Source: Tetramitus jugosus
Lineage: Eukaryota; Protista; Heterolobosea
Assembly: GCA_937625935.1 (NCBI GenBank)
Contig: OW569383.1
Location: forward strand, 62,001-126,000
Direction of reading: 5' to 3'
DNA length: 64,000 bases
Shown here piece by piece: positions 45,548-55,916 of the stretch. A program made the translations under genes and the position numbers. Position 1 is the first letter of the stretch. Every line of letters begins with the position of its first letter. The notes beneath the pieces are model-generated. The model saw only the letters and a program-made list of their open reading frames with translations. It made no database searches and was not told the origin of the DNA.

Positions 45548-46402
45548 ATGCTGCGTTCATTGACCAACTCGTTCAGAGTGGCAACCGTGATGTCATCATC
45601 AACCACTTCGCCATCCACTCTTGCATTCGCACCACTCATCAGAACTCCATCATCATGCAACAGCAATGCATTCTCATGCCCATCAGCATTTGATATGCAA
45701 GACACACTGAGGAACAGTCTCATGACCAACACGCAAGTGAGACACCGTAGAAAAAAAAAGGTCAAATCCCGTAGACACATTGCGCCAGTCTACAATGATC
45801 AATGGGGAAATCCAAACGAGTACACCTGGGATACCAAGGGTCTCGAAAGAAGAAGAAGATCAGCTGGTCTCAGACCTCAATACAGAGATATTTTGATTGT
45901 GAGAGATTTCAAGTTTGGTCTTACTGGTCAAACGATGCGTCTCAAGGCAAAGCACGCATTCAAATTGGCCACTCAAGTCCCACCAGTCGCCGTCTTTTAC
46001 ACACCAGAGCTCTATCAAAAGCATGTGATTGATGGAATTGTCAAGGAAAAGTTCAATGGTGATCTAGAGGCGTTCAAGACGGATTTGTCTGTGCGAATGG
46101 AACAGTTTAGAACACGATACTTGCTCCAGAGAATTGCAGTCAAGTTCCAGAGAAGAATTGATGGTCCTGGCAAGGAATTCAAATTCCCAATAACAAAGAA
46201 AGACTTGGCCAACAGAATATGGAATTTGGTCAAGGTGCCATTGAAGGAGGAACAGATTGCTCTGCCTGGTCATTTCCCTGATCGCCCAATCACGAAACCT
46301 GGATACTACAAATGCTGGGTCACATTGAACGACGGTAATGAAGAAAAGGTGAAGCTGAGAGTTTATTTGGACAGCAGTGGAACCAAGCTTCAAGGATATT
46401 AA
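45548..46402 (+). CDS. MRPL9: Mitochondrial ribosomal protein bL9m-like
   Basis: Transit peptide ending QVRH; L9-like N-domain (ILIVRD..G..G..AVFYTPE) and C-domain (ITKKDL..PITKPGYY). Confidence 0.7.
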   Translation: MLRSLTNSFRVATVMSSSTTSPSTLAFAPLIRTPSSCNSNAFSCPSAFDMQDTLRNSLMTNTQVRHRRKKKVKSRRHIAPVYNDQWGNPNEYTWDTKGLERRRRSAGLRPQYRDILIVRDFKFGLTGQTMRLKAKHAFKLATQVPPVAVFYTPELYQKHVIDGIVKEKFNGDLEAFKTDLSVRMEQFRTRYLLQRIAVKFQRRIDGPGKEFKFPITKKDLANRIWNLVKVPLKEEQIALPGHFPDRPITKPGYYKCWVTLNDGNEEKVKLRVYLDSSGTKLQGY

Positions 46403-46863
46403 GCAACTACGAGGTAGTGTAGTCGCAGGACAATACAGCTATTCATAATAAAATGTTGGTGATAAGAACTTAAGCTCGTGTGAGTGTTGCGTTTGGAACT
46501 TGTGATCTCGCGTCTTGTATCTTTTCAAGGCATTCAGCACCAGTGGCATGTTCTGAAGAATGCACAATTAGAAGACTTATCCCAACGCACCTATGGATTG
46601 ACCGTCCTCAAGTGTAGCATTGTCATGCATTAGCGTGGTTGTATCCATTGTAAAAGACTTGATTTGGTGTTGATAGGCACACGTTGTAATGCAGAATTTT
46701 TCCGCAGTCAACTATTGTTTTCCCCGGTTCAAGCACGACGCGCGCAAACAAATTTTCCAAACCACGTTCTGTGAAGCATCATTTCATGAGACAAGCCACG
46801 ATACAATCCTTGCCGCTCATTTTCCAATAAAACAAAAAATCAAATTCGAAAAAAAATTAAGCC

Positions 46864-49133
46864 ATGTTGAAGAACGTTTCAAAGGGACTGCTAAACATCA
46901 AGGTATGTTTTGACCACACAACAAATTCATGTCATCATTTTCCCTGGACTAACAAGAAGAATTCTGTTCTTGTCTCACAACAAAAAAAATGATTCTGGTC
47001 GTGGCAAAAAAATGAATTCCCACTCAAAAACAAAATATCTTTTTCAACCACACATCACTTCAATGATGACGACTACAATGCTACTTGTGTTCCCATTTTG
47101 GATCCTCCCACAATAATAACAACAATAACAAATATGTTGATGAATAGAATGCAAAGCAAGCTCAGCGTGCCACACAATCCATCGCTCGATCATTGAGACA
47201 GCAACAACAACAACAAAAGCGCACGTTTGCAAAGAATAATGAACCACAAAAACCAACAGGAAAATCGCAAATTATTGGAAACACTGCTGTGCGTGAAGAT
47301 TCTCACTCGAAACAAAAGCAATTCTCGCAAGTGTACCCTGTCATTGATTACACTTATGATGTAGTTGTCGTTGGTGCTGGTGGTGCTGGTTTGGTTGCTG
47401 CAACCAATCTTGCAAAGGCCGGTTACAAAGTTGCCTGTGTCACAAAACTCTTCCCAACACGTTCTCACACTGTTGCCGCTCAAGGTGGTGTCAATGCAGC
47501 TCTCGGTAACATGGGACCTGATGATTGGAGATATCACGCATATGACACTGTCAAGGGTAGTGATTGGCTCGGTGATCAAGACGCTATTCATTACATGTGT
47601 AAGGAAGCACCTCAAACGATTATTGAGTTGGAGCACATGGGTCTCCCATTCTCCAGAACCGAAGAAGGTAAAATTTATCAGAGAGCCTTTGGTGGTCAAT
47701 CATTGGACTATGGTAAGGGAGGTCAGGCCTATCGTTGCTGTGCTGCAGCTGATAGAACTGGTCACGCCTTGTTGCACACCACTTATGGTCAAGCCATTAA
47801 GCACGATGTTCAGTTCTTTGTTGAGTACTTTGCACTGGATTTGATTATGGAGGGCGATCAATGCAGAGGTGTGATGACCATGTGTCTCGAAGACTCTTCC
47901 ATCCACAGATTCAGATCTCACTTTACTGTGATTGCTACTGGTGGTTATGGACGTGCCTATGCCAGTTGCACCAGTGCTCACACTTGTACCGGTGATGGTA
48001 ACGCTATGGTTACTCGTGCCGGACTCGCCAATCAAGATTTGGAGTTTGTTCAATTCCATCCAACTGGTATCTATGGTGCTGGTTGCTTGATCACTGAGGG
48101 TGCTAGAGGTGAGGGTGGTTATTTGACCAATGCTCATGGTGAACGTTTCATGGAACGTTATGCACCAAAGGTGAAGGATTTGGCCTCCAGAGATGTTGTC
48201 TCCAGAGCTATGACTATGGAAATTTTGGAGGGTCGTGGTGTCGGTCCAAACAAGGATCACATTCATTTGAATTTGCATCACTTGCCTGCTGAGATCCTCG
48301 AAGAGAGATTGCCAGGTATCTGTGAAACTGCTGAGATTTTTGCTGGTGTTGATTTGACAAAGGAGCCAGCTCCTGTCGTTCCAACTGTCCATTACAATAT
48401 GGGTGGTGTGCCTACGCTCTACAACGGTCAAGTCGTTCAAAAGAAGTCCGAAGCTGAGCCAGATTATCCAATCAAGGGATTGTTGGCTGCTGGTGAAGCC
48501 GCTTGTGCCTCTGTCCACGGTGCTAACAGATTGGGCGCCAATTCTCTATTGGATATCGTTGTCTTTGGTAGAGCCTGTGCTCACTATGTGATTGAAAACT
48601 TGCCAAAGAATAGCAAGCACGAAGATTTGCTCGGCGATGCCGGTATCAATGCCATTCAAAACTTGGATGCCATCAAGTACAACAACCCAAGCTCTTCCAG
48701 TTCAATGAAGGTGCATCAATTGAGACAAGAGATGCAACAGACTATGCAAAAGTATGCCAATGTGTACAGAAAGCAAGACACACTAGAAACTGGTCAAAAG
48801 TTGATTGGTGAAGTTTATCAAAAGTTCAAGAATGTCAAAGTCCACGACAAGTCCAACATTTACAATGTCAACCTGTACGAGACTCTCGAGTTGCAAAACT
48901 TGTTGATGAATGCTGTACAAACTATGGAATCCGCTTTGATTAGAACTGAATCTCGAGGAGCTCACGCCAGAGACGACTACCCAGAGAGAGACGATGAGAA
49001 CTGGATGAAACACACATTGAGCAAGCTAGATATCGAAACTGGAAAGGTCAACATTGAGTATAGACCTGTGCACTACTACACTATGGACGAAAAGGAATTC
49101 CCAACTGTTGCTCCTGCAAAGAGAGTGTACTAA
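46864..49133 (+). CDS. SDHA: Succinate dehydrogenase flavoprotein subunit; intron 46903..47147
   Basis: [16 protein letters not shown] and [11 protein letters not shown] motifs; 13-codon first exon [13 protein letters not shown]. Confidence 0.98.
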
Positions 49134-49328
49134 ACACAATCATAACAATCAATTCACTCCGACAAATTATGAACCAATCAATGATGTCTGGTCAACCAAG
49201 GGTGAACTAAAGGATTCCTGGTGCCACAGTTGGTCATTTTCCTCATCTGATTACGGCACCAGGAGTACTGGGCTCTTTTATAAACTAAACAAACCAAGCT
49301 ATTTGTATTTTCGAAAACGTACAAGAAT

Positions 49329-49991
49329 TTATTGTTTGTCTTCTCCATCCTTCAGCTTGAGCTTGCTCAGTACCTGATCTCTCTCCTTTTTCACTTCTTC
49401 CAACAGATCGTTGCTCTCTCTGTCCAGAGCAACTGCTCTTCTGAGCATAGCGCCCTTGAGTTTCTCTTCCTGACCGACTGTCTGCTCACGTCCACCAAAG
49501 AAACCCAAATAATTGCCAATCATTCCTGTTGCGAAGAACAAGAAGGCAATTAGAGCAAATCTGGCATATACCTTGGAGACCCAATCAGGGAATGGCTTAT
49601 TCTCTGGATCGTCTTTGTCTATGTACTGTTCTCTCTGAGCCATGCTTGCTTCTGCTTTCTTGTAAAAGTCAGCTGTGACAGGATCTTTGAAGCGATAGCT
49701 CAGTTTTGTGGCCGAAGTCGATGATGGTCTTTCACTTGTCGTATTTTCATTGGCTTGCTCATTTTCTTGTTGTTGTATTGGCTTGCTTTCTTCTGCTACA
49801 AACGGTGTCGGCTTTGTATCTTCATTGCCTGTATTTTTGGCGGGAGCGGAAGAATTCAGAACGGGATAAACATGGAAAAAGCTTCGTTGGCTGGAATGAT
49901 CGATCCATGACAATGGCTGCCAATTTTTGGTAATTTGAATGGACTGTGTTGATGACTTTGTTTTGCACACGGTTCTTGCTAAGCGGAACAT
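49329..49991 (-). CDS. Hypothetical mitochondrial single-TM protein
   Basis: Transit-like N-terminus, one TM segment, coiled-coil tail. Confidence 0.7.
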   Translation of the reverse strand: MFRLARTVCKTKSSTQSIQITKNWQPLSWIDHSSQRSFFHVYPVLNSSAPAKNTGNEDTKPTPFVAEESKPIQQQENEQANENTTSERPSSTSATKLSYRFKDPVTADFYKKAEASMAQREQYIDKDDPENKPFPDWVSKVYARFALIAFLFFATGMIGNYLGFFGGREQTVGQEEKLKGAMLRRAVALDRESNDLLEEVKKERDQVLSKLKLKDGEDKQ

Positions 49992-50125
49992 TCTCTCTTT
50001 CTATTGTTATTTTGTGCTTCTTTTTTGTTTCTGGTCGTTCAATCGGCGAAATGCAAACAAGCATCACTCCAAAGTTATCTTCAGCAAAAAAGAAGAACAA
50101 GTTTTCGATCAAAATCAATTGATGG

Positions 50126-51262
50126 ATGATGATGAATGTGCGAGATCAGAACAATGTTCAAGATTTACTTCATCGAGTTACGACCACAAAAGATGCTCTA
50201 CCACTCTCCATGAATGAATTTAATGAATTGTGTCATCAATTGTACGAATATTTGTTGTTGTTGGAAAATGGTGGTGATGATGATGATGATGACACTTGTC
50301 ATGATACCTCAACTCTCCAATCTCTACTAGAGATTATTACAACTCTTGTGGATAACAACAACAACAATGATGATGATGATGATAGGGGTAATAGTGGTAA
50401 TAGGGGTAATAGGGGTAATAGTGGTGATACATATCAAAAGGCACTCTCTCATCATCATCATCAGCTCTTTATGAAGTTGATTGATCAAATGTTATCTCAA
50501 ATCAATGTCAATCAAGATGCAAATGTCTATCTGTTGACTGTCAAGGACAATTGGTTGTTTTTTCTAGAGTGTTATACTCTATTGGCTTTTGCGTTGCTCG
50601 AACAACGGAGTGAAAAGTGTCAAAAGTTGGAACGGTTGTTCTCTGTGGCAGTTCGTAGTGAGTTTGGCGACGTGTTGCTCAAAGTCTTTCTCAAGCAACA
50701 AATTTACGAGCAATTGATTTACTCTTCCTATAGTCGAGAATTGTTTGATATATTTCTTCGATTGTATAATCATGGGGAGATTACGGAGGCACAGACGGAT
50801 GATTTCTTGCATTGGTTGTTCCATTGGGAGTGTGTCATGTCGGATCGCGCAGGATTCAAAATTTTGCACTGGACTGATTTACAGTATTTGATTGATGTGA
50901 AATTGCGCAATGTACAATCGGCACTTGAAACACCGAAAAACTATGATCCGAGTCTGCTTGACATGTTGACTGAGATGATTGCTCAGTGTGTCATCATGTG
51001 CACCACTAGTGATGGTGAACGTCATCAAAGTCATGAGGTCGATGATGATAATGGTAGTAGAGGACAGAGTAGAGATAGTGTGGTGAGTGCAGAGTCATTG
51101 TACAGATTTGATGAGATGGAGCATTTGTGCAAGGAGTGGTTGAACGATTGTGATGACAGTCGATTCAAGAGTGAACAGGATTTTATTCTTTGGAAGGAGA
51201 AGGCCAGGTTGGTGTTGGATGTCATTGTGGATACTCGAAAAAATGTGCTCAGTTCAATTTGA
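50126..51262 (+). CDS. Hypothetical protein, possible SPIN90/Ldb17 (DUF2013)-like domain
   Basis: ILHWTDLQYLIDVKLR resembles the FYTNDLxVLIDI.LR motif; a 9-bp repeat encodes RGN/SGN. Confidence 0.5.
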   Translation: MMMNVRDQNNVQDLLHRVTTTKDALPLSMNEFNELCHQLYEYLLLLENGGDDDDDDTCHDTSTLQSLLEIITTLVDNNNNNDDDDDRGNSGNRGNRGNSGDTYQKALSHHHHQLFMKLIDQMLSQINVNQDANVYLLTVKDNWLFFLECYTLLAFALLEQRSEKCQKLERLFSVAVRSEFGDVLLKVFLKQQIYEQLIYSSYSRELFDIFLRLYNHGEITEAQTDDFLHWLFHWECVMSDRAGFKILHWTDLQYLIDVKLRNVQSALETPKNYDPSLLDMLTEMIAQCVIMCTTSDGERHQSHEVDDDNGSRGQSRDSVVSAESLYRFDEMEHLCKEWLNDCDDSRFKSEQDFILWKEKARLVLDVIVDTRKNVLSSI

Positions 51263-51380
51263 ATGTTGAGCTCAAAATGAAGGAAGGAAAACAAGAATAA
51301 GTGCAGTTTGCTGTTTTTTTTTGTTGAGTTTCAAGGAGTCACTTTCCATTGTCACACACGGCATGTTTATTGGATTACTG

Positions 51381-51822
51381 TTAGTATCCTCCGTATTGTG
51401 TCGGTGGAGGATTGAGATGGCTGTGATGTGTTGGAGGAGGTGGTGGCGGTGGAGTAGATATCAGTTGATGCGGATGAGCCTTGTGGTGATAGTAGGATCC
51501 ACCACTGGCATAGTCTGGATATCCTGGGTAGCCTACGTCCTCGTAATAGTGTCGCATGTTGCACTCATCGACCATGTAAGCTGCAGAGAATCGTCGTACA
51601 TAATACAAATTGTAATCAAAAATAAGTAAGTTTTTACAAGGGCAAAGTAGTATGGCTAAGTTACTTACGAATGTAGAAGAGATCAATGAACCAACCGATT
51701 CCGAGGAATCCCAAGGTGAACATGTACAACAGACCTGATGCTGGTCTGTCAAGATAGAATCTGTGTATTCCAAATATGCCAAAGAATAGCCATAGAACAT
51801 ATGCGACGAGTGTTTCTTTCAT
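51381..51822 (-). CDS. TM2-domain protein with Pro/His-rich tail; intron 51581..51668
   Basis: Spliced product [51 protein letters not shown]|YMVDECN..; exon 1 is in a frame absent from the ORF track. Confidence 0.9.
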
Positions 51823-51943
51823 TTTCGTTGTGTGCTTTGATCGAATACAATTAATTTTTTATTTGATCATTTTTCTCGAGTTTCCACGTGTAAAAATAAC
51901 TGGAGCTGGTTGGATCTCAAGAATAGTGGATGCCAGAAGTAGA

Positions 51944-53749
51944 TCAACCACGATAGACAATATCTCCATTCACAACTGTGTATAACACCTTTGTCTCTTT
52001 GATTTGTGTCCATGGGGCCTGTATCTTTGTAATATCCCTGTCCAACACAACAAAGTCAGCTAATAATCCTTCCTTGATTCTTCCAAATGAATTTTCTTTG
52101 AAGGAGGCATAGGCTGCATTGACAGTGTATGCCTTCAGGGCGTCTTCGACTGACACACGCTCGGATATGTCGAATCCATCAGGATAGTTGTCACTGACCC
52201 TGGAAACAGCATAGTAAATTCCCAGCATAACATCTGGATCTTGTACATACCAATCGGATCCAAACACAAGACCAGCCGAGTGCTGCTTCAGAGAGTTGAA
52301 GCGATAGAGATCCTTGATTCTCTCTGGACCCAACAATTTCTCAGCCCACTGAATATCCTCATAGAAATGGAGTGGTTGCAAGCTGGCAATAATACCATCG
52401 AACAATGGGAGACTCTTCTCCTTGACTTCTTGAGCGTGTTCAATTCTAAATCTTCGGTCTCTCTTTCCGTTTTGTCCGGCAATACGAGTCATTAGAGATC
52501 CAATCAAATCATTGGCTTTGTCACCAATTGCATGAACACACACTTGCAATCCAGCTTTATCAGCCTCAAATGTGTCTAGATACAATTGTTCCTCGGGTGT
52601 GACTAACAGTCCATTTCCTGGATAATCTGTATAGTTTTCGAACATGTAAGCAGTGTGACTACCTAATGAACCATCAACAAAGCCCTTCAAAGAGCCAATG
52701 GAGAGCCAATCGTCTCCAGAGCCACTCTTCTTAATCATTTCACTCAGTTTTCGCCATTCTCTCAAAGGAGTTGCATGGTGCATTCGAATTGTCTGTGTCT
52801 TATTTTTCACAGCTCTCTGAAACACTTCTAATTCTTCAAAAGTGCCCATGTTGGCAACAGCTGTAACACCCTTGCTGTTCACGTATTCCATACCTTTCTT
52901 GTATGCCTTGTCTTGAGCGTGTGGATTCACTGGGACTACTCTATCAACCAGTAACATTGCATTATCTCTGACAATACCAGTGGGTTCTCCATTGGTATCA
53001 CGATCAATTTGACCACCAGGTGGATCTACAGTATACTTTGTAATATTGGCTAATTTGAGAGCATATGAGTTGCAGACAGCCATATGACCATCCAGTCTGT
53101 TCAAGTACACTGGATACTCCTCTCCAGTAAAACTATCGAACCATGTCTTATCAGGAACTGGCACACCGCCCCAGTTTTCATGATCCCAATCACCACCCAT
53201 GATCCAATCACCCTTCTTCACATCAGGATTTGTTTGAATGTACAGCTTAACAGCTTGAATCATCTCTTCCTTCGAGGTAACCTCTCTCAGCTGAACAGTT
53301 GTCATGTGCTCTCCACCGACCATGATATGAATGTGAGAATCCATGAAACCAGGTGACACAAACAAGCTTTGAGTACCATTAATGACAATCGTTCGATTGG
53401 TCTGAACTGTAAACTTGGCAGTAATTTCCTTTGTTGTTCCAACTGCTGCTATCCTGCCATTGACAACACTGAATGCCTCAGCCCATGGTCTCTTTGTATC
53501 ACCAGTCCAGATGTGAGCATCGACAACGAGCATGTCAGCAACGACATGAGTGGGTTTTTTGCTAAGACCAACGAGACCAATTATGACTAACACGAGCACC
53601 ACGATAGCACACGCAACACCGAGTAGGATTGCAAGCAAATAAATCAACTTTTTCTTGTGGTCACTGCCCTTGCTTGGGGAGTATTCAATATCGTCTTGTT
53701 GATGAGCAAATGGATGATCCTCTTCACTTCTTCTTGTTCTGTATGACAT
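51944..53749 (-). CDS. YtcJ/LAF3-like amidohydrolase 3 with N-terminal membrane anchor
   Basis: PGFMDSHIH, DGSLGS, VHAIGD, RIEHAQ and GSDW motifs. Confidence 0.92.
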   Translation of the reverse strand: MSYRTRRSEEDHPFAHQQDDIEYSPSKGSDHKKKLIYLLAILLGVACAIVVLVLVIIGLVGLSKKPTHVVADMLVVDAHIWTGDTKRPWAEAFSVVNGRIAAVGTTKEITAKFTVQTNRTIVINGTQSLFVSPGFMDSHIHIMVGGEHMTTVQLREVTSKEEMIQAVKLYIQTNPDVKKGDWIMGGDWDHENWGGVPVPDKTWFDSFTGEEYPVYLNRLDGHMAVCNSYALKLANITKYTVDPPGGQIDRDTNGEPTGIVRDNAMLLVDRVVPVNPHAQDKAYKKGMEYVNSKGVTAVANMGTFEELEVFQRAVKNKTQTIRMHHATPLREWRKLSEMIKKSGSGDDWLSIGSLKGFVDGSLGSHTAYMFENYTDYPGNGLLVTPEEQLYLDTFEADKAGLQVCVHAIGDKANDLIGSLMTRIAGQNGKRDRRFRIEHAQEVKEKSLPLFDGIIASLQPLHFYEDIQWAEKLLGPERIKDLYRFNSLKQHSAGLVFGSDWYVQDPDVMLGIYYAVSRVSDNYPDGFDISERVSVEDALKAYTVNAAYASFKENSFGRIKEGLLADFVVLDRDITKIQAPWTQIKETKVLYTVVNGDIVYRG

Positions 53750-54149
53750 TGAATCTTGATTTGGTTGTTTTTCGGGTTGAGTATTTGAGCAGAATCACCC
53801 ACCCGGTATTCGAAATCGTAATGTCAGACAGATTCACAAAAGGAAATTGTGGCGGCATGTGAAAAAAAATGCAATGAACTTCCCACATGAATTTCTGTCG
53901 GAGACACAGCGCTCATCATTTACATGAGCGAGGTCACTTTGACAGGTATTGTTGTGTGCAAGGACGACATTATGCTTTTGCCTGAAACAAAACACACTTA
54001 AAACTCGTGATGAAATAACACATAAAAATTCACAATGATAGGACTGAGCACTTGACTTTTGGTTAATTTTATCTCCACATTTGTTGTTCTGCTGCGGATC
54101 AACAAAAAACAACCAACAAGCTACACCATTACAAACCATAGAAACCAAC

Positions 54150-54617
54150 ATGCTGCGCCTTCCACAGATTGCCCAACGCTGCTCCCGATCTCTGACAACC
54201 ACTGGTTCAATCAGATCCTTCTCCACTGTGAGAATCCAACAACAAAGCTCCTCTTCAGCTGAAGAATGGGTCCCTATTAATGCTGATGGTACACTCAAGA
54301 AGAAGATTATTAAGGAAGGAACAGGTGGTTCACCTCCAAACAGAAGTTACGTCAAGGTTCATTACACTGGTACTTTGCCTGATCACGGAAATCGCAAGTT
54401 TGACTCATCCAAGGATCGCAATGAACCATTTGAGTTCACTTTGGGAGCAGGTGAAGTCATTACTGGTTGGGATTTGGGAGTCAAGACAATGAAACAGGGA
54501 GAGATCTGTGTGTTGTCTGTTCCTTCCAAGCATGCTTATGGACCAGGAGGTATCCCCGGAGTGATCCCTGGTGGAGCTACTTTGAATTTTGAGGTTGAAC
54601 TCATTGGCTGGAAATAA
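54150..54617 (+). CDS. FKBP-type peptidyl-prolyl isomerase, mitochondrial-targeted
   Basis: VKVHYTG..KFDSS..VITGWD..AYG..IP..ATLNFEVEL. Confidence 0.93.
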   Translation: MLRLPQIAQRCSRSLTTTGSIRSFSTVRIQQQSSSSAEEWVPINADGTLKKKIIKEGTGGSPPNRSYVKVHYTGTLPDHGNRKFDSSKDRNEPFEFTLGAGEVITGWDLGVKTMKQGEICVLSVPSKHAYGPGGIPGVIPGGATLNFEVELIGWK

Positions 54618-54693
54618 AATGTTCAATTGAGGTAGGTTACTACCTCATGGTGAGATAAATAATTAATTTTGTTGTGGTTGTTGTTGGTTGCGA

Positions 54694-55696
54694 TTAGACA
54701 AGGTAAGGGATGATGTACAGTGGGGTGAGCTTTGAATTGTACATCCAATCCATGTGATGCACATTGGGAACATGGATGACATGTGCTCGACCATCTTGCA
54801 CCATTGTTTTCAGACCAAAGAGATCTGACGTGTAGATCGTTTGCTTTTCCATGGGCACAAGCTCATAAACCGATGACGATGTTGACCAAAACTCGAATAG
54901 AGAGCTCGTTGGTGGTTCGATAATCTCATCTGCAGAACTGCCAAGAAACACAGCCTTCTTGATCTTGATAAAGTTGGACTTGTACTGTGATGCACCAGGA
55001 TTCTCTTGCGAATTTGTTTCATTATTGAAATGAGTCAAAAAGGGCACACTGGATTGATAGGCCGTATAATGGAAGGGGTCACGCCAATAGTTGGCAACAG
55101 CGAAAAAGGATTGAACTTTCTCTGTGTAGAGAATCTTGTAAGCATCTTGACGAGTCACATTCCTTAGTGCAGGCAAATAACGCTCCACTTCACCTGTGAG
55201 TCCAAATTGACCCATATGAGGTCCCGCCAAGCTCACAAATGTCTGGGCAGTGTGACTAGGGTTCGTCTGGAGGTATGCACGACAAAGAACAGCACCCTGA
55301 CTATGGCAGACGAGATTATAGTCCGTCACATTGTTTACTTGCTTGACTTGTTCAATAGTGTCATGCATGTGCTCGAGCTGAGAGCTCATGGACTTGAAAA
55401 CAGAGTGCATTCCCCAGTCGACATCCAGGATGAACACACGATCGAATCCAGCTGCTCTAATGGACTGCTCCAATGGCGTATACCATTTCAGTTGACCATC
55501 ACAGCCTATATAATATACGTCATAGAAAGAAAGTGAGAACAACACATGGATAAACGGCACTCAATCATGGAGTAGGAAACATACCATGCATGATCAAAAC
55601 AGGCAAATGGTCATCACCGGATGAAGCTCCAACTGCACAATAACAAGTGAAGACAAAGAGTAGGATGACAGACACACAAATATTGATGAGAGACAT
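54694..55696 (-). CDS. Palmitoyl-protein thioesterase; intron 55506..55584
   Basis: Signal peptide, PVLIMHG, CHSQG nucleophile motif, NYWRDP. Confidence 0.9.
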
Positions 55697-55916
55697 ATGT
55701 CTGGATGCAGAGTGGGATAAAAGCTGTGACCAAAAGTTTGGTTGGATGTTGGGCCCGACGGAGTTAGAAGACGGGAAAAAGGGAAAAAGAGTAGCTTGGC
55801 GCCAAATCACTTCACGAATTCACTCGAAGTAGAGCTCATGGCTGGATAGAAAAGGAGCAAACTCCATCGTTTGGCCTTTGAGAGCTCTCATTTGTCCTAA
55901 ATGAAACTCGCGATTG

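Noticed and set aside
46480-46700. Ubiquitin-like remnant on the minus strand (HDNATLEDG)
   Set aside because: Too short and interrupted by stops.
46903-47147. Long SDHA intron with ATGATGA as a snoRNA host
   Set aside because: No downstream CTGA D box or terminal stem.
47190-48518. Long antisense ORFs over SDHA (similar ones over importin-alpha)
   Set aside because: Shadow ORFs caused by codon bias in highly expressed genes.
54628-54635. TGAGGTAG let-7-like seed
   Set aside because: An 8-nt coincidence; the hairpin is far too short for a pre-miRNA.
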